64,000 nt of DNA from Nageia nagi (Eukaryota > Plantae > Pinophyta). Each line of letters starts with the position of its first letter. Within the stretch, counting starts at the first letter, position 1. Shown here one piece after another: positions 26,412-39,537 of the stretch. Below the pieces are notes generated by a model. That model did not search any database. It saw only the letters and a list, made by a program, of their open reading frames with translations, and had not been told where the DNA came from. The position numbers and the translations under genes are program-made. The stretch is taken from contig JBITNC010000001.1 in assembly GCA_050084985.1 (NCBI GenBank), forward strand, positions 558,001 to 622,000. Reading direction: 5' to 3'.

Positions 26412-28887
26412 AAGCTAAACACACTCCATAGATATTAAGATGTGAAAGAGAATGTATAAGTAACCTATGGTGCTAAGTTTGACTTGTTAGTTCTGTTATC
26501 TTGAATGGACAATGTTAGAGGGATTGACATTGATTATTATATGTACATCTTTTCTTGAAAACTATTTTACAAAGTCAAATATATAAAATAAGTGATTTAT
26601 TCACTTATGTTGAACTTTATCTTCCATTATTCATTCCACATAATTTGTGCAATCAATTTTTGTAACCCAAAGTTCAATTAATCATTCTATTATCAATATG
26701 CACATGTACAACATTTCTTCCTACAACTTATAAATTTTTTAATCACTAATTTAATACATAAACTTCAAAGACAAAATAATTCCATACGACCTATCAATTT
26801 GATTTACATTTATCAATATCTTGAACATCTAAATGAGAGTTCACTTCGTGATGTAACTTATCAATAAGTAGTTTCTTCATTTATCATAAAATTACTAAGT
26901 ACAAATGATACATTTGAAAGTTCTATTTGAATATTATCAAATTTACTTTCCATTACCTTGAATCTATTATTTATGAAATTTTAGTGTAAACTAATCATTC
27001 CACGATGATTTTTTTTTATTAGTGAATTTTAATGGTTATTAGTCTAAAAAAGAAGCTTGCAAGTGCAAAATTAAGAACTAATTCACATGATTTACATAGT
27101 GAAATTGGTACATGGACAACGTCTAAAACACCTTGGGATAAATAATGTGTAAGTTTGTAATTTAAATGTCATAAAGAATGAGAATCACTTTATCTTTTGT
27201 TGCCTATTGTCCAATGGTATATATAACTTCAACTTGATCAACATATTCTTAAACTAGGATAATCAAAACAAATTTGGTGATTTTATTATACAACTTAATT
27301 ATGTGAGAAACAATAATTCAAAGACTTATCTAAGACTTATATATCTATGTTATGCTTGATTTGGTTCTAAAAATTTCATTTTAATAATTTATTTTCATTG
27401 GGTGGGTGTGAGTGATTGTGCTCAATTATCCTTGGAAGTAGTTTTTCTTGAAAGATTTGTGTATTATTCAATATTTTTCTTTACAAGAAAAACAATCATT
27501 ACTTAATTGATATATATTTACTTTTGGAGAAGCTATGATAGGTCCTTACAAACCAAGGGGGTTAAAAAGACATTAAAAGACTTATCTATCTATCTAATAC
27601 TTCACTTTCATATATTTTACTCATACATGGGTCTTGCTCCTAATGATTTGATATATGAATCAATCATGTTTCTTCTCAATTACAAGTCATATTTTTTATC
27701 ATGCTATTAATTATAATTTTGTGATATTTTGTGAAATCATTACAATTGATCTAAAAATTTAATTATAAAATTTAGACACTAATAAGATACTTCTAAATTT
27801 TGGCTAACAAATTTTGCTAAGTTTTTGCAAAAGGAGGAAATTTAATGTAATACCTTGATTTTACAATAAATCAATCACTTCGGCTTCAAAATAGATCAAA
27901 TTTTTACTATATCCTTTTCTATATATTATTGATGAATCTCGCAAACAAAAAATAAATAAATAAGAAAAATATAAACATTAACAACCTTTTTTTAAAAATT
28001 ACATAAAATTTCATCTATTAATTTTTAAGATCTTAGTCTAATACTATTGAAATGATATTACTAGTAAATAAAAATTGTAATAATATATCAAAAATAATAA
28101 TTCCAATAATTATAATAGAACCACTTCCAAAAAGCAACTCTACTTTAACCATTTCAAGATGGCAACTCTCATGATTAAGAGAGATGATTTCCAATTATTC
28201 CTTAACGAAAAATAGATATAAAAATATATGATATTTGATATTCAATGATAATTATGAATAAATCATTTCTTTTACCTATATAGTATATTATAGAAAATAA
28301 TATATCCTTACCACAAATTATAACTCTATAATTAATTAATTTTAGATAATGTTATTAAATTATTATTAAATAAATAATTATATTAGATTCATAACACAAA
28401 AACCTCATAGCCTAAGGGTCAGCTTAGCAATAATGACATTTGTGAGTAGGCAACAGCCTATTTACTCATAATTTATTCTCTCACGATGAAATTGTGAATT
28501 CTGAACATAAAGATTTTTAAACCATTTAGCAGAAGCTGAGGAACAATGGAAAAATTAAACGCGCCAAACTGTTTTATGAGAAGTTCGTAATGAAGATATA
28601 CAGTTCCCATTTTTACCGCTTTATCATATTTCTCTTCAGCACTGTTGAGCCCTTTCACTTGCACTGAAATCATAGTATACAGCAAAGCTTAGTGTCCAAG
28701 GAATCCTGAAGTCCTCGTGACCTATTTGAAACAACACCTCAGATTCAAAAATAATACCTCTAGTATTCTCACACTATTTTCCGTGTGATCTCAGGAAATA
28801 TGAAGCATCGTTATCTGTAATGATACTTCAATTCTGCACCAAAGACAAGACATGAAAGGCCATCCAGGCAGGAGATTATTAATCGAA

Positions 28888-29430
28888 TTAGTTGTCATTT
28901 ACAGCCAAGGCAGTGTCCTTGCTGGGATGCACAATGTGGCCCACTACCTTGGTTTTCTTTCTCATTTCCGCCCTTTTTGCCTTTATCCAATTCTCTTTCC
29001 TTTTCTCTCTTTTCTCTTTTGGGGTGTTGAATTTTGCAAGCTTCAATAGCCATGTCTTCAGTGGAGATTTGATGTCAAGTGGCACCATTACCATCTGAAG
29101 TTCACAAAATTCCATCTCTTCACTGTCACCATCTTCATACACCACCTTGTACCAATTTGTTTCAGGATCATAGCTTTTTACCTTCCCTTTGTAATATCTC
29201 TTTCCAAATTTTTTAAGGACTTTCCTTCCTTTTAACCATTCACCTTGACCATAAAACTCAATGGATTCAGATACAGAGTCCCTCACCAATTGTCTAGCTT
29301 CCGTATCATTTACAAATTCTGGTGAAGGATCTGGCACCCCATTAACAACAACTGCAGGTTCACCTGGTATCACCATCACACCTACTGTTATGGAAGCATC
29401 CTGTTCTTCGACTTCATGGCCATTGTCCAT
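28888..29430 (-). CDS. PTM/DIR17-like Tudor-domain protein (plant 'dirigent protein 17-like' family)
   Basis: Intact ORF from the ATG at 29430 (180 aa). IPGEPAVVVNGVPD...GEWLKGRKVLKKFGKRYYKGKVKSYDPETNWYKVVYEDGDSEEMEF..L...PLDI matches this family, followed by a basic NLS-like tail. A plausible acceptor TTGTAG|G lies at 29568/29567, and the frame is open from there. Confidence 0.8.
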   Translation of the reverse strand: MDNGHEVEEQDASITVGVMVIPGEPAVVVNGVPDPSPEFVNDTEARQLVRDSVSESIEFYGQGEWLKGRKVLKKFGKRYYKGKVKSYDPETNWYKVVYEDGDSEEMEFCELQMVMVPLDIKSPLKTWLLKLAKFNTPKEKREKRKENWIKAKRAEMRKKTKVVGHIVHPSKDTALAVNDN

Positions 29431-30571
29431 GACAGAAAGACCCACCTTCCAAAAGTTTGATCCAGTTCTTTCTCTTTGTATGTGCCTTGAGGGTCTAGAA
29501 AGTTTTAAACAAACATATCTTATAGACTTATTTAGTTGATAGCCAAATGGTGATTTAGTTGTAGATCCTACAATTGTATAGAAATCACACTGTCAGCATG
29601 TTTTTTCTTGCAAATATGTGATAAAAAGAGTAAATTGGAGATCATTTTTTGCATTTTCTGAAGGGTGCTGGTGCACCATTGGAATAAAAAAGAATTTTCT
29701 CCCATTGATGTCAAAATAAACGAGAATCAACCATTAGTATAAATCAGGGAAACCCCATAAACTATTTCTAGCTAAATGCCTAATATATTAGACTTCATTG
29801 TCATGAATTTAGCTTTGCAACTCACCAGAAGCTTCTAAGAAGATTATAGCTAAATATACAATATTTGCAAAAAATGAAGCAGGAAAAACCCATACACTAT
29901 TTTTAGCTGAATGCCTAAATTTACAATATTTGCAAAAATTACTAGTAGCAAGACTTATTCTTTCATCATATTACCATCTTATATGTTTCCTGCTATTTTA
30001 TGGTAAATTTTTTAAATATTGCGTCAGGTATCAGAAAAACTTATGAAGCATTCGAGGAAAGCAGATATTATACCAGCATTTCAATTTTCACAGATAAATG
30101 TAGAATCTTTGCATCATGTAAATCACTCTGAAGCTCAAGAGCTTAAAACAAAATTGATTTCATTCATAAGCAAGCACCTTTGACAGTTTCAACGGTTCAT
30201 GCTACTTTAAAAGGACATGTCACGGCAAATCACAAAATAAAGCTTGTGTACTTCATGCGTAGCAACTAGAAAAATTGTATGACATAGAACTGCACATTGG
30301 CCTAGGTTTAAATATTTTGGCTTGAAATTAGCCACTGGATCTGTTATGGGCATTTCCCCACTTGAAGGATCCACTCTGAGTATCTTATGTCTAAAAGATG
30401 AAAATAACTTTAAGAAAAGGTGAATGTCAGATGCTTTTTCATATGAAAATCAGGTGATGCTCTAATAACATAACTCAGTAGTCATACATAGCAGGTACAC
30501 ACTTCTGATTGCTTTGTTGACGTCTGCTTGTTTCATTGATCCAGGAGGATCAAGGTTGTTGAGGACTCCAT

Positions 30572-30900
30572 TCTACTTCCTAAAAGTCTTATGGAACATT
30601 TAATTCATGTTCAATATTCATTCCATACCATGAGGTGTCTCTCAGTGATAATTGATAGGTCAATTTCCAAGGGGCATATCTTCCAAGCCATAACTTTGTT
30701 TGATCCCATTCAAAAACAGAAAAGCTTGTTTAGAAGATACCATGTTTTGCAATATTGTGACCCAGACAGCAATATTGCAGCCTACTGAACCAGACACCAA
30801 AGCCATGTCATGAGTGCAATATTGTGACTTAGAACACAATGTGACAAATATTGTGACCTGTTGCTGTAATATAATGAGAGGAGCATGATATTGCAACACA
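30572..30900 (+). repeat. Left copy of a dispersed inverted repeat (possible long TIR)
   Basis: 30572-~30720 is homologous to the reverse complement of ~39215-39364 (e.g. TTCATGTTCAATATTC..TTCATACCATGAG). It is followed by CAATATTG subrepeats. Confidence 0.6.
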
Positions 30901-31514
30901 ACAATGTCTACTATTACTAGAATATGAGGAGTTTTCAGTTACAAATCAATTTGGCATGGAATGCCATTGGTTTTAGTGATAGCTTCCAAGGATCACCAAT
31001 TACTATTTATAAGATGACTACGTCTTTTTCTTGGAGGCTATAGAGGCAAATAGAGCCTAGATTGGAGTTTAAAATCCATTCAAGATCCGCAACTAGTGGA
31101 GACACCTTGTACACATAACTCCATTGATAAAACACCATCTCTTGAAGAGTTTATTTGGAAATAAATCTTTTCCCATAGAGGACGCCTATAACTTCTCATA
31201 TAGCAGGATGTCATTTGAATCCACATCTCTTTGCAGAGATCCTTGTATTCGGTCCTACATTTCTTCTCAGAGATTACTACCATTGTATTGTATTATTGAC
31301 CAATGACATATCCATCATGTACAACTATCTCTTTTAACATGTTGTATAGTTCTTGGGCACTTCTATGAATAGGTTTCCAACGTAAGGCATTAGGATCAGC
31401 AGTCTTACAATTTCATCTCTTGCATCTTTGTTTATGTATGTGCTCACACTTATGTTGTCTCACTCATGGTAACTCTATTTGTTGTCTATTCACTATCTTG
31501 CATCCTTGTAACAT

Positions 31515-31841
31515 GTTCATAGGTTTTGTGAGCAAGTTATCGCCCAAGACAAAACTTATCACGCATGGTATAAGGAAATTAATTGCAATATTGGAGTTAA
31601 ACAAGGATGCCCACTATCCTCAACTCTGTTAAGTATTTACATAGATCAACTAGAAAGATATTTAGAAGCAGCTAGATGCATTGGCACCAACCTTCACAAT
31701 CTCATCATCGTTCTCCTACTTTATGCATATGATATTGTCTTGTTAGCTAAACATTATGATGATCTTGTAAAACGACTAAATATCCTTCAAACATTCTATA
31801 ATATATCTAGTTTAACAGTTAATACAGACAAAACCAAAATT
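31515..31841 (+). pseudogene. Non-LTR retrotransposon RT fragment (RTE/RTEX-like)
   Basis: In-frame HRFCEQVIA...CNIGVKQGCPLSSTLLSIYIDQL...LLLYAYDIVLLA...LTVNTDKTKI. Confidence 0.8.
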
Positions 31842-31849
31842 GCCTTTGT

Positions 31850-33160
31850 CTATGATATGCTTTTGATAATCCCAAGTGTCTTGCTTAAGATGACTTGCAA
31901 CACTTCAAGAACTAATTCCTTGCATTCGGAAGTTTCACCCAAACACATAGTTAGAAATTTGAAAATTTCATTTTTCCATTCAAACTTTTTATGTTTCTCA
32001 TTATTGATGTTCAATTGGTGAAAGATATTTTCTCTAGTTATGCCTTCTTTCCATTCGTTTTGGATTTTCTCTATTCATGTTGGTTCTAGTGATGATATTT
32101 GCAAGTAGGGGTCCATATTCTTCATGCATCTTGGTTAGTGCATCTACCACCAAATTCTCTTTCTCTTTTTTGTATGGGCTATTAAAGTAATATCCAAGCA
32201 TTTTCATGACCAATTAATATTCCTGCACACAAGATAGGCATTCCTCCAAGAATTACTTTAGACTACTATGATTTGTGCATATTCTTCATGCATCTTGGAT
32301 AGTGCATCTACCACCAAATTCTCTTTCCCTTTTTTGTATGTGCTATTAAAGTAATATCCAAGCATTTTCATGACCAATTAATATTTCTGCACACAAGATA
32401 GGCATTCCTCCAAGAATTACTTTAGACTGCTATGATTTGTCTTGATTGTTATGCATGTTCTCATCAAGAAAGATCTCATTTTTTAACCACATGTAAAATA
32501 CCTATCAATTCCTTTTCATATGTATATGTTTTCTTTCAAATGCCAAGGGATGACCATCTTGCATCAATACAGTACCCATTCCATTCCCTGATGCATCACA
32601 TTATATCATAAAAGGCTTGTTGAAGTTTGGAGTGGCTAGAATTGATGTACAAGACATGGCCTCATTGATCTTTTTGAATGCTAAGGTGGCTGTTTCAAAC
32701 CGAATGAACACATCTTTCTTAGTTATTATTGTTAATGGCTATGCAATTTTCCCATAATTCTTGAAACATTTCCTATAATAAAAAGTGAGCCCCAACAATC
32801 CCAAGGTTCTTGAGAGTCTTGTAATGGCCATTCCTTCATATCTTGCAGTTTTTTAGGGCCATCCTTTATCCCTTCATTAGATACAATATATCCCAAAACT
32901 CTACTTTCTTTAGTCCAAATGCACACTTGGGACTTGTTGGCATTTAATTATTCATTTCCTAATTTTTAAAGTACTTGATTAACATGGATTAGGTAGATTT
33001 ACTAATTATTTTTGTAGATTAATATGTCATCAAAGAAGACAAAGATGAATTTACAGAGAAAGCACTTATATATTGTGTTCATGAGGCTTTGGAATGTTAA
33101 TAGAGCATTGGTGAGACCAATGGACATGAATAGGAAGTCATAGAGAGACTAATGCATGTA
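31850..33160 (-). pseudogene. Chromovirus-type Gypsy RT-RNase H fragment
   Basis: Minus strand gives [20 protein letters not shown]...[12 protein letters not shown], then PNFNKPF..CDASGNGMGTVLMQDGHPLAF, then YKKGKENLVVDALSK. Confidence 0.8.
32114..32440. repeat. 164-bp tandem duplication within the Gypsy RNase H fragment
   Basis: Near-identical copies start at 32114 and 32278. Confidence 0.9.
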
Positions 33161-34123
33161 CTGAAATAGCTTCTATCTCTTCACATTTTACTCATTTTCT
33201 TCTTCATTTCCTTCAATTTGTTCATATTCATCACCACTCATCCATATCTTGGTGCATTTGTGTGCTTGGCTCCATTTTTCAGTATGTTTCAAACAAAGTC
33301 CTTTTGCTGAAATTTTAGTATCATCCAGTCTCGTCTTCGAACCTATTCTCTCGTTTCTTTTTTATCTATCACCAAGAAACTTTCAAAGAGTGGCTGATAA
33401 GTTTGCGGAGCTTTGCTTCAGCCTTTTTTAATTTGATAAATGTTTCTTCTCATGTTTGAGGTTCAACCATATCTACTTCTTTCTAATATTTTTTAAGTAC
33501 CTCCTTTGAAATGCTATAATCATTATTGACCTACTTGATAAATATGAACACCAAATTCTTCCATTGAACCCTTTCTTTACAATTGAACAACCATTCCATG
33601 TGAGTTCTATTATCAATAATGTCAACCTTTTGTAGGATCCATTTGTGAAATCTTTCTAAAGAGTGTGTTGCTTCAACTTCAAACAAATGGCTTGCCAAGC
33701 ATTCTTTTCTAGGTATGTGATTACCAAGAGCACCTTTCCATGAGGTCAAACATGATGAAGCATAAAATTTTGCTTTGTTAATCAAAGCCATTTTGCTAGA
33801 TTCTTCCCATAAAAGGCCCTTATGTTCAACTTCAGCTATCGGGCCATGGGGGACAAATTGCTTCATTATATCATAATCAAATTCATCAAAAAGTCATACT
33901 TTTCTTTTTATTGACATGTTGAGGAGTTTTTTTTGCAGTTGGTCATGCATTGTTCTTATATGATTATTTCTTTACTCTCCTAGTAATCATGTTCTTTCTT
34001 AGTGGGCTTCCCATCAAGCAAGAAATTGGCCAATTGATTAAGTACCGATTGCATCCCATCATTGTTGGTGCAAATGTAACTCTACTGGCATTACAATTGT
34101 TTTGGATATTTTTCTTGTGAAAT

Positions 34124-37100
34124 GGTTATGCCCACACAACACACCCCAAAATACAAAATTTTGCAGACCCCATTTTTGCTTAGGCAATGAAGTAGATTGA
34201 CTGAGGGATGACTAGATCAATAAGGACCTGAAGATTCAAAGTTGCTAAACGAGGAAATGAAACAAGGAGATTATCCATAGGAGGCAATGAGACAGTTCAA
34301 GGTGCTAAGCCATCAATTTTGGAGCTTCTAGGATCCCCAACTTTGAATAATAGCATTCTCAAGCAATGGGCACAATTTTTGAAGATTTGGCCAAGATAGA
34401 TATAAAAGCATGTGTACATGGAAAATGAGCACAATTTTGATCTTCACCAAATGCAATATTTGATCTTATGGGTTTATAGAGGTCGTCATGGCAAGAATTT
34501 TTGAAAACCGATCAAAAATTCAAAATTTGTATCAAGGAGGATTTTTTTGAGGTTTGATGTCATCAAAGCTTCGGAAATTGCACCTAAGGGATAATGACAT
34601 GATTTTGAGCTTTGGTAAATGTGGAAATTGAAGATGCCAGGTTGTGAAGCATGAGAAATCAAGCATATTTAAACTTGGAACTTCTTGAAAATGATCAAAA
34701 TTGCACAACATATGAGGAGGCATTTTTGGAAATATGCACCTAAGGGGAAATAGACCAAGTTTGAACTTTGGCAAAGTGGAATTTTGAAGATACGAGCCAA
34801 TGAAGGATCTAATTTTGAGCATCTTTAACCTTGCAAGTTTCGAAAAATGACCAAGTTTTCTCCCTCCAAAGTGTAGACGGAAATTTGAGAACTTTGATGT
34901 CATCAAAGCTTGGAATCATGCGCCTAGAAGAAAATTGATCAACACTAAACTTTAGCAAATCAAAAAATTAAGCATACAAGGTAGTGAAAGGTCAAATTTC
35001 AAGCTCTTTTAACCTTGGAAGTTCTCCAAAATTATCAAAATCACACCCTCCAAGGCTAGGCGCAAATTTTTTAGGTTTGATGATTACAAAGATTGGAAAC
35101 ATGCGCCTAGAGCTAAAAGGCATGATTTTGATCTCATTCAAATGCAAAATTTGAGCACATGTGCCCATGGAGAACCAAAATCCAAGCAACTTTAAACTTG
35201 GAACTTTCAAAAAAGAGACAAAATTGTACACCAAAAATCTAAACGACATTTTTTGAGGTTTGATGCCAACAAAGGAGAAAAACAAGCACCTAGTGCAAAA
35301 GGGCCCAAATTTTGAAGTTTGCAAAAATCTAATTTGAGCACATAGGATGGTGAAGGACCCAAACTTGAGCACCTTTGGACTCACAATTTTGAAAATTTGA
35401 GCACCAACTAAATTTGAACACCAGCTAAATTCAAGCACCAAACCCAAATTCGAGCACCATTTTGATCTTCACCAATTACAAAATTTGAAGATGGAGGTTG
35501 TGGGGGATCAAAAATCAAACACATCTAAGCTTATAAATGATGACAAAAGATCAAAATTGCTTCTTCTATAGCTAGGCACAAGATTTGGGAGTTTGGTGTG
35601 AACAAAGGAAGAAAACATGCGCCTAGACCAAAAGGGACTTATTTCTAACCTTTTAGAAATCCAAACTTTGAGCACATGGGGACATGGAGCACCAAATTCA
35701 AATATATATTAACCTTGGAAGTTCATTGGCCAAAATGAACCTATCTATCATGCAAAATGCACTTCAAGAGTGTTGTAAGGATTCCAAACACAACTCAAGT
35801 GCAAATCAGCAAATTCAATAACAAAAACCCTAACATCTGGTCTAGGGCATCAACATTAAGCATTCACAACTCAATATTGCCAACATTTGAACTAGGGCAT
35901 CCACTACAAGTGTACACAACACAAAGATGCCAACGTTTGGCCAAGACAAGCAGATATCAATGTACAAACCCTCATTATGCCAACGCTTGGCTCATACATG
36001 CATAAATGAACAAATACACCACAACGTTCCAATAATGGAAATAAGAACAATACAACATGAGATCTGAATGCCCAACAGCTGTATATATGATAAGCAATGA
36101 CAAGTGATACAATACCAAGCTCCCAAAGCTGGATGTTGGCCTCCAAGGAGCCAACTAGGGCACAACTGAATGTCTCTCGCTGTTGGATTGACGGTAGAAC
36201 CATGGGACAGTATTGCTCCCTTGAAACCCAAATACTCTCCACTTAAGGAGCCCAAGGCTGCACATGTATACAAGTGCTCATCCATCCAAGTGTAAAACAG
36301 AGTTTGGGATTCCCACAATCAAGATTGGGATCTCCAAGTATAATAAAACACCTAATCTATGCTTGGGAGGGAGACGTCCCACTTGGGGCTCATAGTGGGG
36401 TCCATTGACCCATTAAGTCTTCTATCCCAAGCTACAACTTGAAAGTAAAATGCAATAATAAAATATATTACAAAGGGGAATCCGTTGGACTCTACAATTA
36501 ATGATAATAATGCAAGGGGGACGTCACAAAGTTCATTGGCCAAAATCTAGAAAATGATTTCAAGATTGGATTTGAGTACCCATTTCCATTGTGTTGAGGA
36601 TAGTGTGGATGAGCAACATTAGTCACTAATATCAGTCAACCTAAGCCACATCAGTCAACCTAGACCACATCAGTCACCTAGGAAACATCAATCAGTCTAG
36701 TTGACTAAGTAAAATGTAATTTTTTTAATTTTTTCTCTAGAATTAGGGCAACACTAGAAATTCTATAAATAGACCCAAGGGGTTCTCATTTTGAAAAGAA
36801 TAAAATTTTATGAAAAACCAAAATTTTCCTAAAAGAGGAGCAACTTGTAAATTTTTGCACAACTCTTTTATGAAGTGAATACAAGTGGTGAACTATTGGA
36901 TTAAAGTGGATTTGTCATCTTTTGGAGTTTTCGATTGAACTTTTAGAGCTTTCTTTTGTAGTTTGAATGCTTTTGTGCCCTCTCCTTGAAAACTTACAAG
37001 TTTTAGGAGAAGTTTGTTTAAAATCTTTTAAAAGCATTTGAATTATCTTTAGATAGTAGCTTGTTCACAATTTGCATGCTTAAATGAATGTGTTCTCAAT

Positions 37101-37633
37101 TTGTTTCTTTTCTATGCCATCAACTTAGATGCTTCCATTCAAACTTAGTCATTCGACTGCCAATCGATCCCGTTTATGGAATATCGATTATCATATTTGG
37201 TCCATGTTTAGCTTGAATATAACTAGTACTTATGTCATTTATCTCCAATCTTGATGAATTGAATGAAACTTCTTAACTGATCCCGAAAATTAACAATTTA
37301 GACATTGCTTCATTGTGATAGTATTGGATCATTCTCAATTTATGCTTTCTTTTACACTTTATTTAAAAACCAAACTAACTTTATATCATTGCATAAACAC
37401 TCTAGTAGGCCCTATAAAAAGTGAGTTAACTTCTATTACCTTTATAAAATCATTGAACTAATTCCAAAGAGTTCCTACAAAATTTGCATAACAACGCAAC
37501 TGCAAAGAAACCTTGGGGTATCAGTCCTTACAAAAGGGAATAGGTAACGCTATCTCACCTAAATGTTGGGTTGCTTTTCCATTTATCGCCTCTTTGGACG
37601 ATCTTAGTTAGAGGAAAGATTTACTTTTCAACA
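34124..37633 (+). mobile_element. Large (~3.5 kb) Gypsy LTR, probably solo
   Basis: Starts with the family terminal motif (GTTATGCCCACACAACACACCCCAAAA). TATA CTATAAATA at 36763 and TCATTTT at 36786. Ends TTTTCAACA. No TSD match found. Confidence 0.7.
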
Positions 37634-37741
37634 CATTCATCCTTTCTTCTTTGAAATGTTATATATTTCCTCATTTGCATCTTTCTTTATATTTGCATCT
37701 TGCCAATCATATACAACAAAACACATTGCTTTGTTCAAATG

Positions 37742-37942
37742 TTTCTTTTTTAAATTTGGTTAAGAAGGGGTGTTGAAAGGACCCCAACCCTTTTACAAAG
37801 TGCTTCAAAAAGCGAGACATGTCACCATCATGTGACATTTGATATATATCATTAGCAATGTGAGGGGACGGAATTTAAACCTAGGAATCTCTTTACATCA
37901 ATTAATAGTTTCTACACCCATTGTTCATCAACTCCCCTAACA
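37742..37942 (-). mobile_element. tRNA-derived SINE, decayed copy 2
   Basis: Reverse complement reads TGTTAGGGGAGTTG...AAACTAT...CCTAGGTTTAAATTCC (B box) ...GTAAAAGGGTTGGGGTCCC...CCCCTT..poly(A). Confidence 0.6.
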
Positions 37943-39129
37943 TTTTTTGATAGCTTCATTCAAATGTTAATAGTGTGGGTTGCTCTAAGTTATTTTGCAT
38001 TGGTTGAGATTGGGGAGTTTTGTAGTGTTTTAGGATTTTATTTTTTCACGATATTATCTCTCCTTTTGAAACTAGTCTATTGGTGGTAGGTGAGATTATC
38101 CAATGTGGTTCCATATGAATATTCTTTTCTATTAGCTAGGTGTCTTGAGTTTGGGGATAATAAGGGTGTTGCTCAACATACATGGTATTACGATTATCTT
38201 GACAAGATGGATCCAATGATATAGGTCTCTTATTGGGATCGATCTAGGTGCAAAGGGATTTCAAGTCTACTAGAGGTGTTGTTGAAGGTGCACGTTGGTG
38301 CAATGCCCTTGACATGATAAATCTAATGGAGTAGGTCTCTTGATGGGGTAATTCTAGGTCCTATACATTTTTTTGCCTTGTGATTGATCCAACAAGGCCT
38401 TGTAAGGGGGAAAATTATAAAAAAAAGTTGTAGGAAATTTCAGAATCCAGAAATTTAGATTTGATGTTTGATGTGCTCACATCATTGTAATGCTTCAAAG
38501 TTATTGTTAACTCCAAAAAGTAGTTGAGATTATTGGTCTAATACTACTTGTTGCAAAACAACCTATAATAAAGTAAAATTGCATATAGGATCCACAATTA
38601 AAACATCATGATAATAATTAATTATAGAAAAAATAACATACCCATGTTTTGATAAAACTTGTTATGAAACAACTTGTATAATAAAGAAAAATAGCATGTT
38701 GGATCCACAATTACAACATTATATTAGTAATCAAGTGAAGCAAAAACAATATAACCATACTTTGATACCACTTATTACAAAAAAAACTAAAAGTAAAAGT
38801 AGAAGTAGAATCCGCAATTGCAACATCATAATAATAACCAATAATACAAACACTCACTTTCCAAATCCAAAATATGGAATTACAGAAGATCAATCAATAG
38901 CAATCAAAAGATCCAAAAAGTTGTTTCCATTACAAGGCAGCAATGTGTTCGAAGATACCAATTATGGTATGAGATTTCAAGTGATGGTTATAAGCTTAGC
39001 CCATACCTCTATATGTATAAAACTCTAGCTAATGCACTAATCACTATGATTAATAGTCCACTATCCATGTGTTAAGGCTAGAGCCAATGAAATTAAGGAT
39101 AGATGTGTGATTATTTGGGGGTTATAACA

Positions 39130-39364
39130 ACACTCGAGGCACAATATTGTTTGTAACTTTGCTTCAACATGTAATATTGTATTAGATGAATATACTCCTC
39201 AAAATGAACATTCCACTACTTTCTGAACAAGTTCAAACAAAGTTACAATTTGAGAGATATGTCCTCCAAAAGTCGACCCACCCATTATCATTGAGATATA
39301 GCTCATGGTATGAAAAGAATATTGAACATGAATCATTAATGTACCATAAAAGTATTAGTAAGTG
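39130..39364 (-). repeat. Right copy of the dispersed inverted repeat (partner of 30572-30900)
   Basis: Its reverse complement aligns with 30572 onward over ~150-200 bp. Confidence 0.6.
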
Positions 39365-39537
39365 AAATTGCTATGAGGTTCTTCATCAAGTGAAGGATGT
39401 ATTCCCATCCCTAAGTGCTCGTTAACATCTATCCTTGATTGTATATTGTCAAGTATTGTAAACAATTTAAGAATATATAAAATTGTCTTTTGAACATCCA
39501 TTCTACATTTTTTCTAAATTGGTGACAACACTAAATT

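Noticed and set aside
28035-28066. Possible Helitron 3' end (weak hairpin + CTAGT)
   Set aside because: The hairpin is too degenerate, and there is no Rep/helicase or 5' TC evidence.
28852-29539. Plus-strand ORFs overlapping the Tudor gene
   Set aside because: Antisense shadows of the real minus-strand CDS.
30178-30390. Candidate coding exon upstream of the Tudor gene
   Set aside because: Splice sites are plausible, but the frames I checked contain stops. At most a UTR exon.
33531-33866. 111-aa minus-strand ORF, possibly a transposase fragment
   Set aside because: No motif I can recognise. It would need a profile search.
38570-38840. ~115-bp degenerate triplication and the 110-aa ORF at 38696
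   Set aside because: Low-complexity A-rich repeat with no coding or structural signal.
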